Source of the DNA: the human T2T-CHM13v2.0 reference genome, Homo sapiens
DNA: 64,000 nt
Reading direction: 5' to 3' (one strand)
Assembly (NCBI RefSeq): GCF_009914755.1
Contig: NC_060925.1
Position 1 is the first letter of the stretch; every line of letters begins with the position of its first letter. Below the pieces are notes generated by a model. It ran no database searches. It saw only the letters and a list, made by a program, of their open reading frames with translations, and was not told where the DNA came from. This document shows positions 1-12,774 of this stretch, in pieces. The position numbers and the translations under genes were made by a program.

Positions 1-43
1 CTCACGCAGATGAGGCTGACCTGCCTGGTGTGGGGTGTTGCAG

Positions 44-180
44 TGCCTGCCCAGCCCGCGGACTTCCAGGCCGAGGTGGAGTCGGACACCAGGATCCAGC
101 TCTCGTGGCTGCTGCCCCCTCAGGAGCGGATCATCATGTATGAACTGGTGTACTGGGCGGCAGAGGACGAAGACCAACAG
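44..180 (+). CDS. PTPRF: PTPRF exon, FNIII-3 N-half (VPAQPADFQ...EDEDQQ)
   Basis: ttgcag| acceptor, CAG|gtgtgc donor; peptide matches LAR FNIII-3. Confidence 0.96.
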
Positions 181-688
181 GTGTGCAGCGGGCAGAGAAG
201 CACTGAGGGGGTCTCCTGGTCCCTGAGGGTCTGTGATGGGCTTAACCCAGGAGGGTATTTTCTGGATTCTGTGGCTTATGTGGGCACAGCCTCTAAGGTT
301 TCTGCTGGAGGCTTAGTGGTGCATGCGTGTCATGTGGCCCGCACAGCCTGTATGAATCTGGAGTCATTGTCACCCTGTGCTAGGGGCAAAGTCCCCAGGG
401 TCTGCCTTGGGTTTCCTAGGCTCTGTGGCTCATATGACTGGCAGAGCCCTGAAGTTTCCCCAGAAGCCATGCGTCCCAGATGGCTCCTGTGGTCCATGTG
501 GTCTGTGAGGCGTCTGTGGCATGGGCTAAGCCCTGAGTTCCTTTTGTGCTCCATGTGGCCTTATGGTGTGGAGCCAGTCCTGGAGCCGTGGTGGGTCCAG
601 AGGTGTCACATTGCAGCCCATGTTGGGGAACAACCTGTGAGTGACTTTGAGCTCAGAGCTGTCAGTGAGTGCTCCCTGCTCTTCCCAG

Positions 689-833
689 CACAAGGTGACC
701 TTCGACCCAACCTCCTCCTACACACTAGAGGACCTGAAGCCTGACACACTCTACCGCTTCCAGCTGGCTGCACGCTCGGATATGGGGGTGGGCGTCTTCA
801 CCCCCACCATTGAGGCCCGCACAGCCCAGTCCA
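689..833 (+). CDS. PTPRF: PTPRF exon, FNIII-3 C-half (HKVTFDPTSSY...ARTAQS)
   Basis: ttcccag| and |gtaagt; frame continues, ends phase 1. Confidence 0.96.
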
Positions 834-2066
834 GTAAGTGTCTCCCAAGTCCGCTGCCTGTTACACCTGGGCTGGGACACACACACACACATGCACACAC
901 ATCCTTCCCCCTCGACCAGGCAGGTGGGGTGGTCAGGTCTGCTGGCCAAACCGAACTCTGGCCTGGGCTCTGAGTCTGGGCCTCGGGAGAGGGCCAGGTA
1001 AGTGCCTCCCAGTCTGTCCAGTCCAGGTGGCTGCTGCCCTCCCTGCTCCCTGCCCAGCCTCCTGCCCCTCCTCCCGCCCATGCCCCACACACTGCCCAGG
1101 TAAGTTCTGTGTCTGTGCCTCATCTCCGCCCCCACTCTGTGCTGGTCACACTAGCTTAGCTGATGGGCCATCCTCGGTGGGTCTGCCATGTCCCAGACCT
1201 GCTTTGGCGGCTGTTTCTCCTCCCTATGGCCCCGCATCTCGTCTCCCCATCACCCACATTCCCTTCCTCATACTCCCCATGAAAGTTACCTGAGAGCCAT
1301 GTGATCACCCTGAGCTGACTGCACTCGGGGACAGGTCTGAGAATGCGGCCATGTGACCCAGCCTGCCCACGTGTGCCTTGAATTGTGACCACGTGGCCGT
1401 GCAGGGGACTGTCTGCAAGGCTGTCTGTGTGAGACTCTGGTGTTGTGTGTGAGAGACTCCGATGCTGCAGCTGTGGGAGTGGCACTGCCCATGAGTGTGA
1501 GTGTGTGACCACACCTGACCAGCTGGCTGTGCAGCACCTGTGTATGTGCATCAGTGGATCTTGGGCATGACCCTTGTCTTTGTGGGCGACTCTGGCCTGA
1601 TCCTGTAACCGTATTTGTGGGTCTCGGTAGCCCCCCAGACAGTAGACTGTGTGTGTGTGTGACTCTGTGGTTGCTGCTGGGCGTCCTGTGTGTGGTCACA
1701 CAGCCACAGTCAGCTGCTGCGTGAGACTCTGTGTGATAGGGTGTCATGGATGTGACTGGCTGGGTAGCATTGTGGGATTGAGATGGTGACCACATCTGAT
1801 GTAGCCATGTGATGACCAGAAACATGGCGGTGTCTGAAGTGGTCCTTATGAAGTGGGACCATGTGCATGTACCAGTGATGTCAAGAGGCTGTGTGTGACC
1901 TTGTATTCATGGATTCATTCCAGAAGCACCTGCTGTGCTGCAGCTGGGGGCCAGGCCCCATGCACGGTACAGGGCTGGCAGCATGACCAGACACATGGTG
2001 TCTGCCCATGGGGATCCTGCATTCCAGCAGGGCAGACAGACATTGCACCTGTAATTACCCAAATGA

Positions 2067-2373
<307 letters not shown>

Positions 2374-2417
2374 CCAAATGAGCTTTTAATGACATTTGTG
2401 TAAAGTAGGATGGAAGA

Positions 2418-2712
<295 letters not shown>

Positions 2713-3707
2713 GTAGGATGGAAGAGACAGGGTGGAGAGATGATGAGACCTCCTTTGATCTGAGGGGTCAAAGAGGGTTGCCTTGGGGAGGTGACACTTT
2801 CCCAAGGCCTGAAGGAAGGGTGGGAGCCAACTGGTAAATGAACAGGAGCAGGGAGCACACAGGCCTCCGGGAGAGTCTGCAGGCCTGAAGGCCTTCCAGC
2901 TGCAAGGCACATGGTTATGGTCACAAGGTAAGCAGCAGGCCAGTGTGGCTGCAGTAGCTGCCGGATCTATGGCAGTCAGGGCCTTGGGGACACAGGGTAG
3001 GCAGGAGAGCTGACTCTGGCTGCTCTGTGAGAATGGACAGGGCAGCCTGTGAGGAAGCAGAGACCGGTTAGGAGGCTTTGTAGCGGTCCAGGGAAAAGAT
3101 GGTGGCGCAGGTGAGGTGATGGCGGTGGATCTGAGAACTGTCAGGGATGCTGACTGGTCAGACTTGGTAATGGGTTATGAATAGGGGCCCAGGGGGAGGG
3201 AAGTGGAGGTGAATCTTGTTTCTGGTGTATTAACCTGGGAGGAGAGTGGTGCTGGCGTAGAATGGGAAATGGGGCAGAGGCAGGTGTGAAAACTACAGCT
3301 GGTCTCAGACACCCAAGTTCAAGATGCCATGTGCCATCTACATGGCAGTGCTCGGCAGGCTGTGGGAATCCAGGGCTGGGCTGGAGCTAAAGGACCCTGA
3401 GAAGAAAGACTGCAGATGAGAGGAAATCAGGGGAGGGGAGCGACTTGGAGGTTGGAAGGAGAGAAAGTTTCAAGAACTAGACGAGATGCTGCTGAGCGGT
3501 CAGGAGTACCTGTTGGACCGAGCAACATGGACGAGTGGCCCTGGAGATGAAGCTTGGTGCATGGTAGGACCAAAGCTGGTGGATGTTTCATGAGGCCTGT
3601 GTGGGTGCTGAGAATGTGGAGGCAGCAAGCCTAGACGTTGCCAGAAAGTGTAGCTCTGAACAAGGGGACCACTATGGCTAGAGAGGGCCGTGGAGCTGAG
3701 GGTGGGA

Positions 3708-4036
3708 TTTTGTTTTGTTTTGTTTTGTTTTGTTTTTGTTTTTTTGAGACAAAGTGTTGCTCTGTCTCCCAGGCTGGAGTGCAGTGGCATGATCTTGGCT
3801 CACTGCAACCTCCGTCCACCTCCTGGGTTCAGGTGATTCTCCTGCCTCAGCCTCCCGAGTAGCTGGGTTTATAGGCGTGCCCGCCACCACACCCAGCTAA
3901 TTTTTTTTTTGTAATTTTAGTAGAGACAGTGTTTCACCGTGTTAGCCAGGGTGGTCTGGATCTCCTGACCTCGTGATCCGCCCGCCTCGACCTCCCAAGG
4001 TGCTGGGATTACAGGCGTGAGCCACCGCGCCCGGCC
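3708..4036 (-). mobile_element. Alu with (TTTTG)n tail
   Basis: consensus match; TSD tgggatttt. Confidence 0.95.
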
Positions 4037-5269
4037 TGGGATTTTTCTTTTAAGATGGGAAAATTTCAAGCATATTTAAATGCTATTGGAAACAGTCAAT
4101 AGGAAAAAAAGAAACCGTGGAAAAGAGGGTAACTGGTGGAGCCTTGGGAGGTGGAGAGAAGGGGAACAGTATGGGTGGTGAGAGAGCTTAGCCTTGGACA
4201 GGGTGGCTCAACTCTCCATTCTCATGGGTGGAAAGGAGAGAATTGCTGCAGATGCAAGTACGGTGGGGGGGTTGTAGCAAGAGATGGAGGGAGCTGCTGT
4301 GAAAGCCTGGTCTTCTCTGCAGTGTGGGAGACATGGTCATGCGCCAAGAGGAGGCAGGCAAAGGGAGCTGGAGGTCTGGGGAGCATGGAGGAGGGGGACT
4401 GTTTCATGTGAGGTGGCAGAGCGAGCCAGGCAGGGGGCAGAAACAGGCAGCATGGAGAGTCCTGGAGGATGAGGCCTCTAGGGACGTGTGCATAGGACGC
4501 CAGCCTGCCTCAGTGCCGCTGTAGAGAAGGAGGGGGAGAGCTGGATTCATCTAGGGCTTGGCAGCGGCCAGGAAGGAGCATGGAAAGATCAGGAGGCGAG
4601 GGACCTTGCGATATTGGTGAGAGTGTGGTAGGTGGTAGACTGTGGAAGCTGAACATGGAGGGTGGGAAGGACAAGGTTGATGGACAGGCATCCTGAGGAG
4701 CTGGCGAGCAGGCTCAGTGCCCGGGGCCTGGAGTGACTGAGCAAGAACAAGGGGGTGGGGTCTGCAAGGGGATGTGAGAGCCCGTGATTCTGGAGGGAGG
4801 GCCATCCCCAGTACTGGCAGCCTCCAGGGCATGACCACAGCTGTGCAGGGGAGGAGAAAGTCCTGGAGATGAGGGGCTCTGGGGCCAGTGGGTCAAGGGG
4901 CTGCTGAAGTCCCCATGGCAGGGGGTGGTGACAGAACTTGAAGAGGAAACCTGTGCATTGCAGCAGAGTCCTCGGTGGGCGTGGAGTCTGGACACATCAT
5001 TGGATACAAGGAGACACGTGTCTGCCTCCTAATTCCCAAAGAAGCTGTTGAGTGAGGGCACCTCTGTTGGTGGGTACTTTTTCTCCACGCCAGGGGCTGT
5101 TGGCCTTCATGTTCGGCCTCCTGTTGGTGATTACCTGTGGCACTGGCAAAGAGACTGTTTCCAGGCAGGCACAGGTGAAGGCTGCCTTATGCCAAAAGGG
5201 CCACTGGGGCCACTCTTCCTCGGAAGAGCAGAACCGTGGGCACAGCAGATGTGAAGCAGTTCTCCATAT

Positions 5270-6060
5270 GTGGCTGTGTGTGCGGGTGGCAGTGGGATGG
5301 CCACGTGCTTGTGTGTATGTGATATCGTGTATGTTTTGTGTGAGACAGCATATGTGTGGGAGAGACCTCGTGTGAGAGATGCTGTGTCAGAACTCTAAGA
5401 CATTGTGTGTGAGAGTGTGTGTCAGATGCCATGTGTGAGACACCAAGACACGGGTATGTGATACTCTGTGTATATGTGAGTCTGTGTGAGAGACACTGAT
5501 ACTCCAAGACATTGTGTGTGTGTGACACTGTGAGACACCAAGACAGTATATGTGCGAGACAGCCTATGTATGTGACAGTGTGTGTGTGAGACACCATGAG
5601 AGACTGTGTATTTACTGTGAGAGACTGTGTGAGAGACACGTGTGAGACACTGTGTATATGACACTATGTATACGTGAGACTGTGAGACACTATGTGTATG
5701 TGACACTGTATATGTGTGAGACCGTATGAGACAGTGTATATGACACTGTATATGTGTGAGACTGTGTGTGTGAAACACTATATGACACTGTATATGTGTG
5801 ACACTGTATATGACACTATATGTGGAGACTATGTGTGAGACACTATGTATATGTGACACTATGTATGTGTGTGACACTGTGAGAGACACTGTGAGACACC
5901 AAGACAGTATATGTATGAGACACCCTGTGTGTGTGACACAGCGTGTGACTGTGTGAGACGTGTGTGAGGCACTGAGACTGACACTGTGTGTGAGGCTGTG
6001 TGAGAGTCAGTGTGTGTGATAACTGTGTGTGTATCACCGTGTGTGTGTGTGAGAGAGGGA
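5270..6060. repeat. Degenerate TG-rich tandem repeat (gtgtgagacact-like units)
   Basis: recurring TGTGAGACAC / TGACACTGT units. Confidence 0.9.
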
Positions 6061-6264
6061 AGGAGAGAGAGGGAGGCAGGTCAGAGGGAGTCAGGCGTCC
6101 TTGGCGAGAGTGGCAGCAGCCTGCCTGGAGGGACCCTGGGATGGCCATTTCAGCACCTAAGGGGTAGCCTGCCCGGGTGAGTCTCCAGTCCACTGTGACT
6201 CAGTCATTGTGCCTGTGATCCCCACCCTCCATCTGCTTGCTTCCCCCCCATTTGTCTTCCCCAG

Positions 6265-6570
6265 CCCCCTCCGCCCCTCCCCAGAAGGTGATGTGTGTGA
6301 GCATGGGCTCCACCACGGTCCGGGTAAGTTGGGTCCCGCCGCCTGCCGACAGCCGCAACGGCGTTATCACCCAGTACTCCGTGGCCTACGAGGCGGTGGA
6401 CGGCGAGGACCGCGGGCGGCATGTGGTGGATGGCATCAGCCGTGAGCACTCCAGCTGGGACCTGGTGGGCCTGGAGAAGTGGACGGAGTACCGGGTGTGG
6501 GTGCGGGCACACACAGACGTGGGCCCCGGCCCCGAGAGCAGCCCGGTGCTGGTGCGCACCGATGAGGACG
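6265..6570 (+). CDS. PTPRF: PTPRF exon, FNIII-4 (PSAPPQKV...VRTDED)
   Basis: 306 nt, phase 1-1, ccccag| and |gtaggc. Confidence 0.97.
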
Positions 6571-7236
6571 GTAGGCAGTGCCACCGGGGCGGGAGGGGAG
6601 GCGTTCTGCCTCAGACACCACCCACCAAGCTCCCCAGGGCCTTCCTTTCCTGAACACAGGCCCAGGTCAACTCATCTTTCTGGTTCAGGTGTAATGGCCT
6701 AAAGTGGGGGGATGTCACTTACGGGATAACTGAGGCCCAAATCCCAGCCTTTGGGGCTGTCTCCAAAGCAGCTGAAACCTTCACAGGCTAAGATGGGAGA
6801 AGCAGCCCTGTCTAAGATTTGAAAGGTCAAGATTGGGCAGATTGGTGTAAAAGATACTCAAAGTAGAATCAGCAAGACTCCACGTTGGCTGGACATTGGC
6901 ATGATTGGGGCCTAGGAGGAGTCAGGACAGGTTGTGCTGACTAGGGGTGGTCAAAGACCTGGTGCCCCACCTCCACCTGTTCCCCCATGTCGACCCTCCC
7001 CACCAAGTGAGAGGCCTGGGCCAGAGGGGTGGGCAGGGCCAGTCCTGGGCTCTTACCCGTGGCGGGCAGAGGGAGCCTTCCGTGTGCCTCACCAGGGACA
7101 GATGATCTAAGGAAACTGTATCAGGGCCTTTCCTGGGGGAGTGGGGTGCTGAGGCAGGACCCTCAAGTTTGCTGTGCCCACCTGAGCTAGGGTTGATACC
7201 TCCAGGCCTGACTTCCTTCTCTACCTGACCCCCCAG

Positions 7237-7430
7237 TGCCCAGCGGGCCTCCGCGGAAGGTGGAGGTGGAGCCACTGAACTCCACTGCTGTGCATGTCTA
7301 CTGGAAGCTGCCTGTCCCCAGCAAGCAGCATGGCCAGATCCGCGGCTACCAGGTCACCTACGTGCGGCTGGAGAATGGCGAGCCCCGTGGACTCCCCATC
7401 ATCCAAGACGTCATGCTAGCCGAGGCCCAG
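7237..7430 (+). CDS. PTPRF: PTPRF exon, FNIII-5 N-half (VPSGPPRKV...MLAEAQ)
   Basis: ccccag| and CAG|gtgcag; frame consistent. Confidence 0.96.
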
Positions 7431-7619
7431 GTGCAGCATTGGGTGGTGGTGGGGTGGCAGGGTGAGCACAGACCAGCATGCACAAGCTCCCTTTTGGGGC
7501 CCAGATATGTCCCTCTTCCCCTGCCTGCCCTCAGCAGTGCTGTGACTGCCTTTCCTTGGTTGTGAGACCCGAGATGCTTTGCAGCATCAGGGGTTAGGCT
7601 GGGGTTTTTTGGGTGTGGG

Positions 7620-7892
7620 TTTTTTGTTTGTTTGTTTGTTTTGAGATAGAGCTTCACTCTTGTCGCCTAGGCTGGAGTGCCTCCTGGGTTCAAGCAATTC
7701 TCCTTCCTCAGCCTCCCGAGTAGCTGGGATTACAGGCGTCTGCCACTGCGCCTAGCCAATTTTCGTATTTTTAGTAGAGACAGGGTTTCACCATATTGGC
7801 CAGGCTGGTCTCGAACTCCTGACCTCAGGTGATCCGCCTGCCTCAGTCTCCCAGAGTGCTGAGAATACAGGTGTTAGCCACTGTGCCCCACC
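7620..7892 (-). mobile_element. Alu with internal deletion
   Basis: consensus match; part of right arm missing near 7680. Confidence 0.9.
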
Positions 7893-10587
7893 AGGTCGGG
7901 GTTTTGAGATGTGCCTTTCCCCTAGACAGTGCTGGGCTGGCATCCACTCTTCCCACAGAAAGGGTAGAGAGAGTGCTCCAGGGCTGTCTTACCTCACTGG
8001 CGGCCATGGGTCCGTGGTTGCTGCAAAGCTCTGTGAGTAGCCAAGTAGAGTGTTGCCCTGCTCCTGGCCCTGCAGGGAACGATTCAGCCCCTGATGTTCA
8101 CCCTCAAGAGCTAGGCCTGCTGGCCAGCCTCACACCTCCCTCTGTGCACATCTGTCTTCCTGGGAGGATGGTCCTGCCCTTGAGCTTGGGGTGAGGTCCC
8201 TGGGGTATTCTGAACACTGGTTGCTATTCAGATGAAGAACTTGGAATGCTGGGGGGTTATGAGAGTGGTATGGAATTATTCAGCAAGTAGGTGGCTGCTG
8301 CGCTTGGATGAGAAGCCATGTCTGTGGACCCCTAGGAAAGGGCCACAGTTGCTGTCATGAGCCCCCTCCCAAAAGACCCTGCTGGAGAGTCACAACACCT
8401 GGTGTGGTGCTCTCAAGGTCTCCCTATCCAGGAGCAGGGCCTCCCCATTGAGCCTCTCACCTCTGCCTGGGTGGAGAGCAGGGGTGCGTGTACCACTCAA
8501 TGCTGTACACACTGTGCAGAGGGGTGGGGTCACCCACACAGACAGGAGCCTTATTCCTCCAGCTGGGCTCAGCCATCTGAAGCAAAATTCTTTCTGCCCA
8601 GAGGGTGCTCTCTTCCCCCTCTCAGCCTGCCCAGTGCTAAGGCATCCGGGGTGGAGGAGGCAGGCATGTGCACCCACCTGCATTCCTGGGGCAGGTTGAG
8701 GGCTCCTTGTGGAGCCTCAGTGAACACACCTACCCAGAAACATCCCAGGAATGGGTTCCCCTAGCCCCTCCTCTCTGAGGGGGCCAGTGGCCACAGCTGT
8801 GGCCAGTGGGGTTCCAGAGAAGCCACTTCAAGTGCCCCCTTCTGGTCCCAAGAGGTTCGGAAGGGAGCTGGGCCAGAGGCTCAGGGACGCTGCCCATTTA
8901 GTCTCAGACATCCCATCATGGGGGCGGTAACTCGAGTCTGGGCTCCCGGAGGACACTGAAGATGGAGGCCTGCTCCGTAGCCCTCTCAGGACTGGGTCAT
9001 TCTGTTCCTCGCCAGTGGGAGAGCAGTGGGGCCTGGTCCCGAGCGTGGCCACAGGGCCCAGCTGTCCCTGTGCTTCTGTCAAGGGCGGCACATTCTGTCC
9101 TTCACGCAACAGCACCATCCCCTCAGCTCATCCCCCATCATGCCTGAAGGAACTATGTGGTGCAGGTTCCCACCCCCAGCCTGGAAGTGTGGAGCCAGAC
9201 CTGTCTCCTTTTACGTCAGATTCCATCTCCCTGCCTCCCTTTTTCCCCTCTCGTGGCCTGCATTTCTCTATCCTTCTTGGAGTCTCTGTTTTTGTCTTGC
9301 TCTTTCTCTTCTCTCTCCTCCTTCCTTCCCTCCTCCCCCTGCCATTCCTCTGACCCCTTTCCTTCATCTCCATTTGGTTTCATCCTCCGTCCTTCCCTTC
9401 TTTCTTGCTCTGCCTCTAGCGCAGGACAGGGTCCATGTGATGTGAGAACCTCCACGCCAAGGCTTGGTTGGGACAGCCCAGGTCTCCCCGCAGGCAAGGA
9501 GACTGGAAGGGACGTGGGCCCAGCCACACCCTATAAAGTGGCCATGCACTAAGGACCTGTCCAGAGTCTCCTCTCATATTCTGTTCCATGCTTCTTGCAA
9601 GGACTTTCCAACAGAGTGTCCCAGGACAGGAGGAACTTAGGCCACCCAGCATGGAGGCCAGTGGACAGAGGCCAGACCGGCACTGTGGGGGTGCTTGGGC
9701 TGGAGGACCCCAGGTACTTCCGGCTTGGAGACATCCTGGACCATCTCCCTGTGATGTTTCATGGGGCCTCAGAATGGAGACCTCACAGTCCCTCCACCTG
9801 TCCATCTAGAATATCTACATGCACCAAAGGCCCGCAACACTGCCAGCCCCGAAACATTCCTTCCTACCTTAATCCTCAGACACCCCGAGGAAGGAACGGG
9901 TATAGGTGATTTCCCGTGCCTGTGGGCTACAGCCCAGGCTCTGAGCTTGGCACTCACAGCCTTCATAGTCTTGCTGACTGGCTTGCCCTTGGGCCCACCC
10001 TGGCCATGTGCCCTGTTCACCCCCAACTCTTACTGTTGTGGGACACTTCTCATGCCTGGGGTGATTGTGTAATGTATGATCACATCTGGGATGCTTTGGC
10101 GGGTGGAAGGAGACACTGAATAGTCAATTCCATGGCAACAAGCACAGGCCAGGACTGTCCGAGGCAAACCAGGGCATATGGGCACCCCATTCACCCCTCA
10201 GTGTCTTCCTTTCCCTTGGCCTGAGCTGTTGAACCCACCCTTCTTGTCTGGCAGCCTCTCCCTCCCAGCAAGCCCAAAATTGTCAGAGCATCTGTAGCTG
10301 CTTTGTGTTCTTAGGGCCTTCTGTCAGCGGGTCCTCTCCCTGCAGGCTGCCTGCCCTCCCTGTCTCCCTACCCTCCTCAGCCCTGGCACACCCAGTTGGT
10401 GCTCAGTGAGGCAGGGATTCAAATCTTTGAACCGGGAGTTGTTCTGGGGTGCTACCCCCATGGGTACTTTGAGGCCCAAAAGCCCTCCCTCTGTCCTCCC
10501 TGGGCAAGGTCCCTTCCAGGCCAGGCCCTCTCCAGGTCAGAGTCCTTCACCATCCTGTCTCCCTTTCTCTCCCTCTCCCGCGGTCAG

Positions 10588-10614
10588 TGGCGGCCAGAGG
10601 AGTCCGAGGACTAT
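10588..10614 (+). CDS. PTPRF: 27-nt alternative microexon meC/LASE-c (WRPEESEDY) inside FNIII-5
   Basis: pyrimidine tract + cag|, TAT|gtaagt donor, phase 0-0; known LAR insert. Confidence 0.93.
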
Positions 10615-11932
10615 GTAAGTAACAGGTGTGCGAACGCGGACAAGACATGGGTCAAGCTGGGCTCGTGGGACGCTCCTCCTCTCCCTCCTTTCCTGCTAGC
10701 CTGCACTGCCAAGATCCACAGGGCTCTAGCCACATCAGGAGAAAATTGGCGTTTAGACACAAGCACTGAGCTGAGCAGCGATTGGCATTTCCTCTAATCC
10801 TTACTTCTTGCCTGTCGAGCAGCAATTTGAGGCCAGTGTTCATGATCGACCAGGGCCTGGCCCCTGCCCCGGCCAGACAGGGATGGAGTTAAATCCAATC
10901 CTGATCGTTAGGCCTTATTGATCCCTGGAGTGAAAAATCACCTGCTTTAGGGCCCAGGCTGGGAGGGCTGTCTGGAGAGTCGGATTCTGGCATTGGTGCA
11001 TTCTGGAGCCCCAGCCCTGGGAGACCCTCCAGCTGTGGCAGGAGGGGTCCATGAGGGGGTGGTGGCAGCTGCAGGGGCCCCACTCAAGGCCAGAGCTGGA
11101 GGGATACCAGGGTTGATGACAGCTCTGTTCCCACTGCACGGTGGTCCCTGCCCTGCTTCCCACTCTTCTCTCTGTGTGGTGTGGCTTGACCTCCCATGGT
11201 GTTTCTCCGCATGTCCAGAGATGATGCCTTTGCTGCAGATGGGTATATGGGCAGGGTCTGCCAAGCGGGGAGGACATTGCCCTGGCTGCTGTCTCAGGCA
11301 TCACTGAGAACAGATGTGGAAGCCAGTTCCCCAGGTGTGGAGGTTTTCTTATTCTCCTAGCCCCTCCCCTGCCTTTCTCAAGAGGTATTGCAGGGTATAG
11401 ACATTCACAGAGTTAGTGGCCTATATGGGGGCAGCGGAGTCCTGACTGGGTCCTATAGGATGGCACCTTAGCCCATCCTGCCACCTTGCTCTGTCTGTGC
11501 ATGCATGCACTGGTGTCCACAGGCAGCCTTACGCCTGCTTATGCAGGAGCTGTAGGCTGTGTGCGTGTGGCTGCCAAGAGCCACGCAAGGTGCTGGGTGC
11601 GTGCGAGGCTGTGCCCTGTTGATATCCTCAGTCTCCGTTCACAGCACAGTGGAGTGAGGGAAACAGTCTGGCCCTTTGTTCTTGTCTGAAAAGAATAATG
11701 AGCTGTCTGCCCCAGGCGTGCGGCTCCTGGGATGGGCGGGGTCCTCCCAGGCCTGCATCCTACCTGCCTGCTTCCTCTCCAGCAGAGGCCACCATTGTAT
11801 AGCCCCACCTTCCACAACCCCTGGCCTTGTGTGCCCCGGGGCTCCCCTCAGGCTAGGGTCCTGAGGTCCCTGACAAGGTCTGGCCTCTCCCTGCATTCTT
11901 GTGATGGGAACGAACCCCTCCTCCTCCCTCAG

Positions 11933-12050
11933 GAAACCACTATCAGCGGCCTGACCCCGGAGACCACCTACTCCGTTACTGTTGCTGCCTATACCACCAA
12001 GGGGGATGGTGCCCGCAGCAAGCCCAAAATTGTCACTACAACAGGTGCAG
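11933..12050 (+). CDS. PTPRF: PTPRF exon, FNIII-5 C-half (ETTISGL...TTTGA)
   Basis: ctcag| and CAG|gtgagt. Confidence 0.96.
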
Positions 12051-12127
12051 GTGAGTGAGGGGTCAGGACGGACCTGAGGGTGGGGCAGCAGGAGGGCAGC
12101 GCCAGAGCCCAGCCCGTGGTCCTTCAG

Positions 12128-12706
12128 TCCCAGGCCGGCCCACCATGATGATCAGCACCACGGCCATGAACACTGCGCTGCTCCAGTGGCACCCACCCAA
12201 GGAACTGCCTGGCGAGCTGCTGGGCTACCGGCTGCAGTACTGCCGGGCCGACGAGGCGCGGCCCAACACCATAGATTTCGGCAAGGATGACCAGCACTTC
12301 ACAGTCACCGGCCTGCACAAGGGGACCACCTACATCTTCCGGCTTGCTGCCAAGAACCGGGCTGGCTTGGGTGAGGAGTTCGAGAAGGAGATCAGGACCC
12401 CCGAGGACCTGCCCAGCGGCTTCCCCCAAAACCTGCATGTGACAGGACTGACCACGTCTACCACAGAACTGGCCTGGGACCCGCCAGTGCTGGCGGAGAG
12501 GAACGGGCGCATCATCAGCTACACCGTGGTGTTCCGAGACATCAACAGCCAACAGGAGCTGCAGAACATCACGACAGACACCCGCTTTACCCTTACTGGC
12601 CTCAAGCCAGACACCACTTACGACATCAAGGTCCGCGCATGGACCAGCAAAGGCTCTGGCCCACTCAGCCCCAGCATCCAGTCCCGGACCATGCCGGTGG
12701 AGCAAG
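12128..12706 (+). CDS. PTPRF: PTPRF exon, FNIII-6 and -7 (VPGRPT...MPVEQ)
   Basis: 579 nt, phase 1-1; core of ORF 12055..12819. Confidence 0.97.
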
Positions 12707-12774
12707 GTGTGTGCTGTGGACATGGCATCCCTTCCCGAGTGTGGCTGCATCTGGGGGTCTCTGCTCTCCTTGAG

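Noticed and set aside
10-744. 244-aa ORF as a single gene
   Set aside because: Only 44-180 is coding; the rest is intron read-through
5187-6193. His/Thr-rich ORFs
   Set aside because: Translations of the TG/CA repeat
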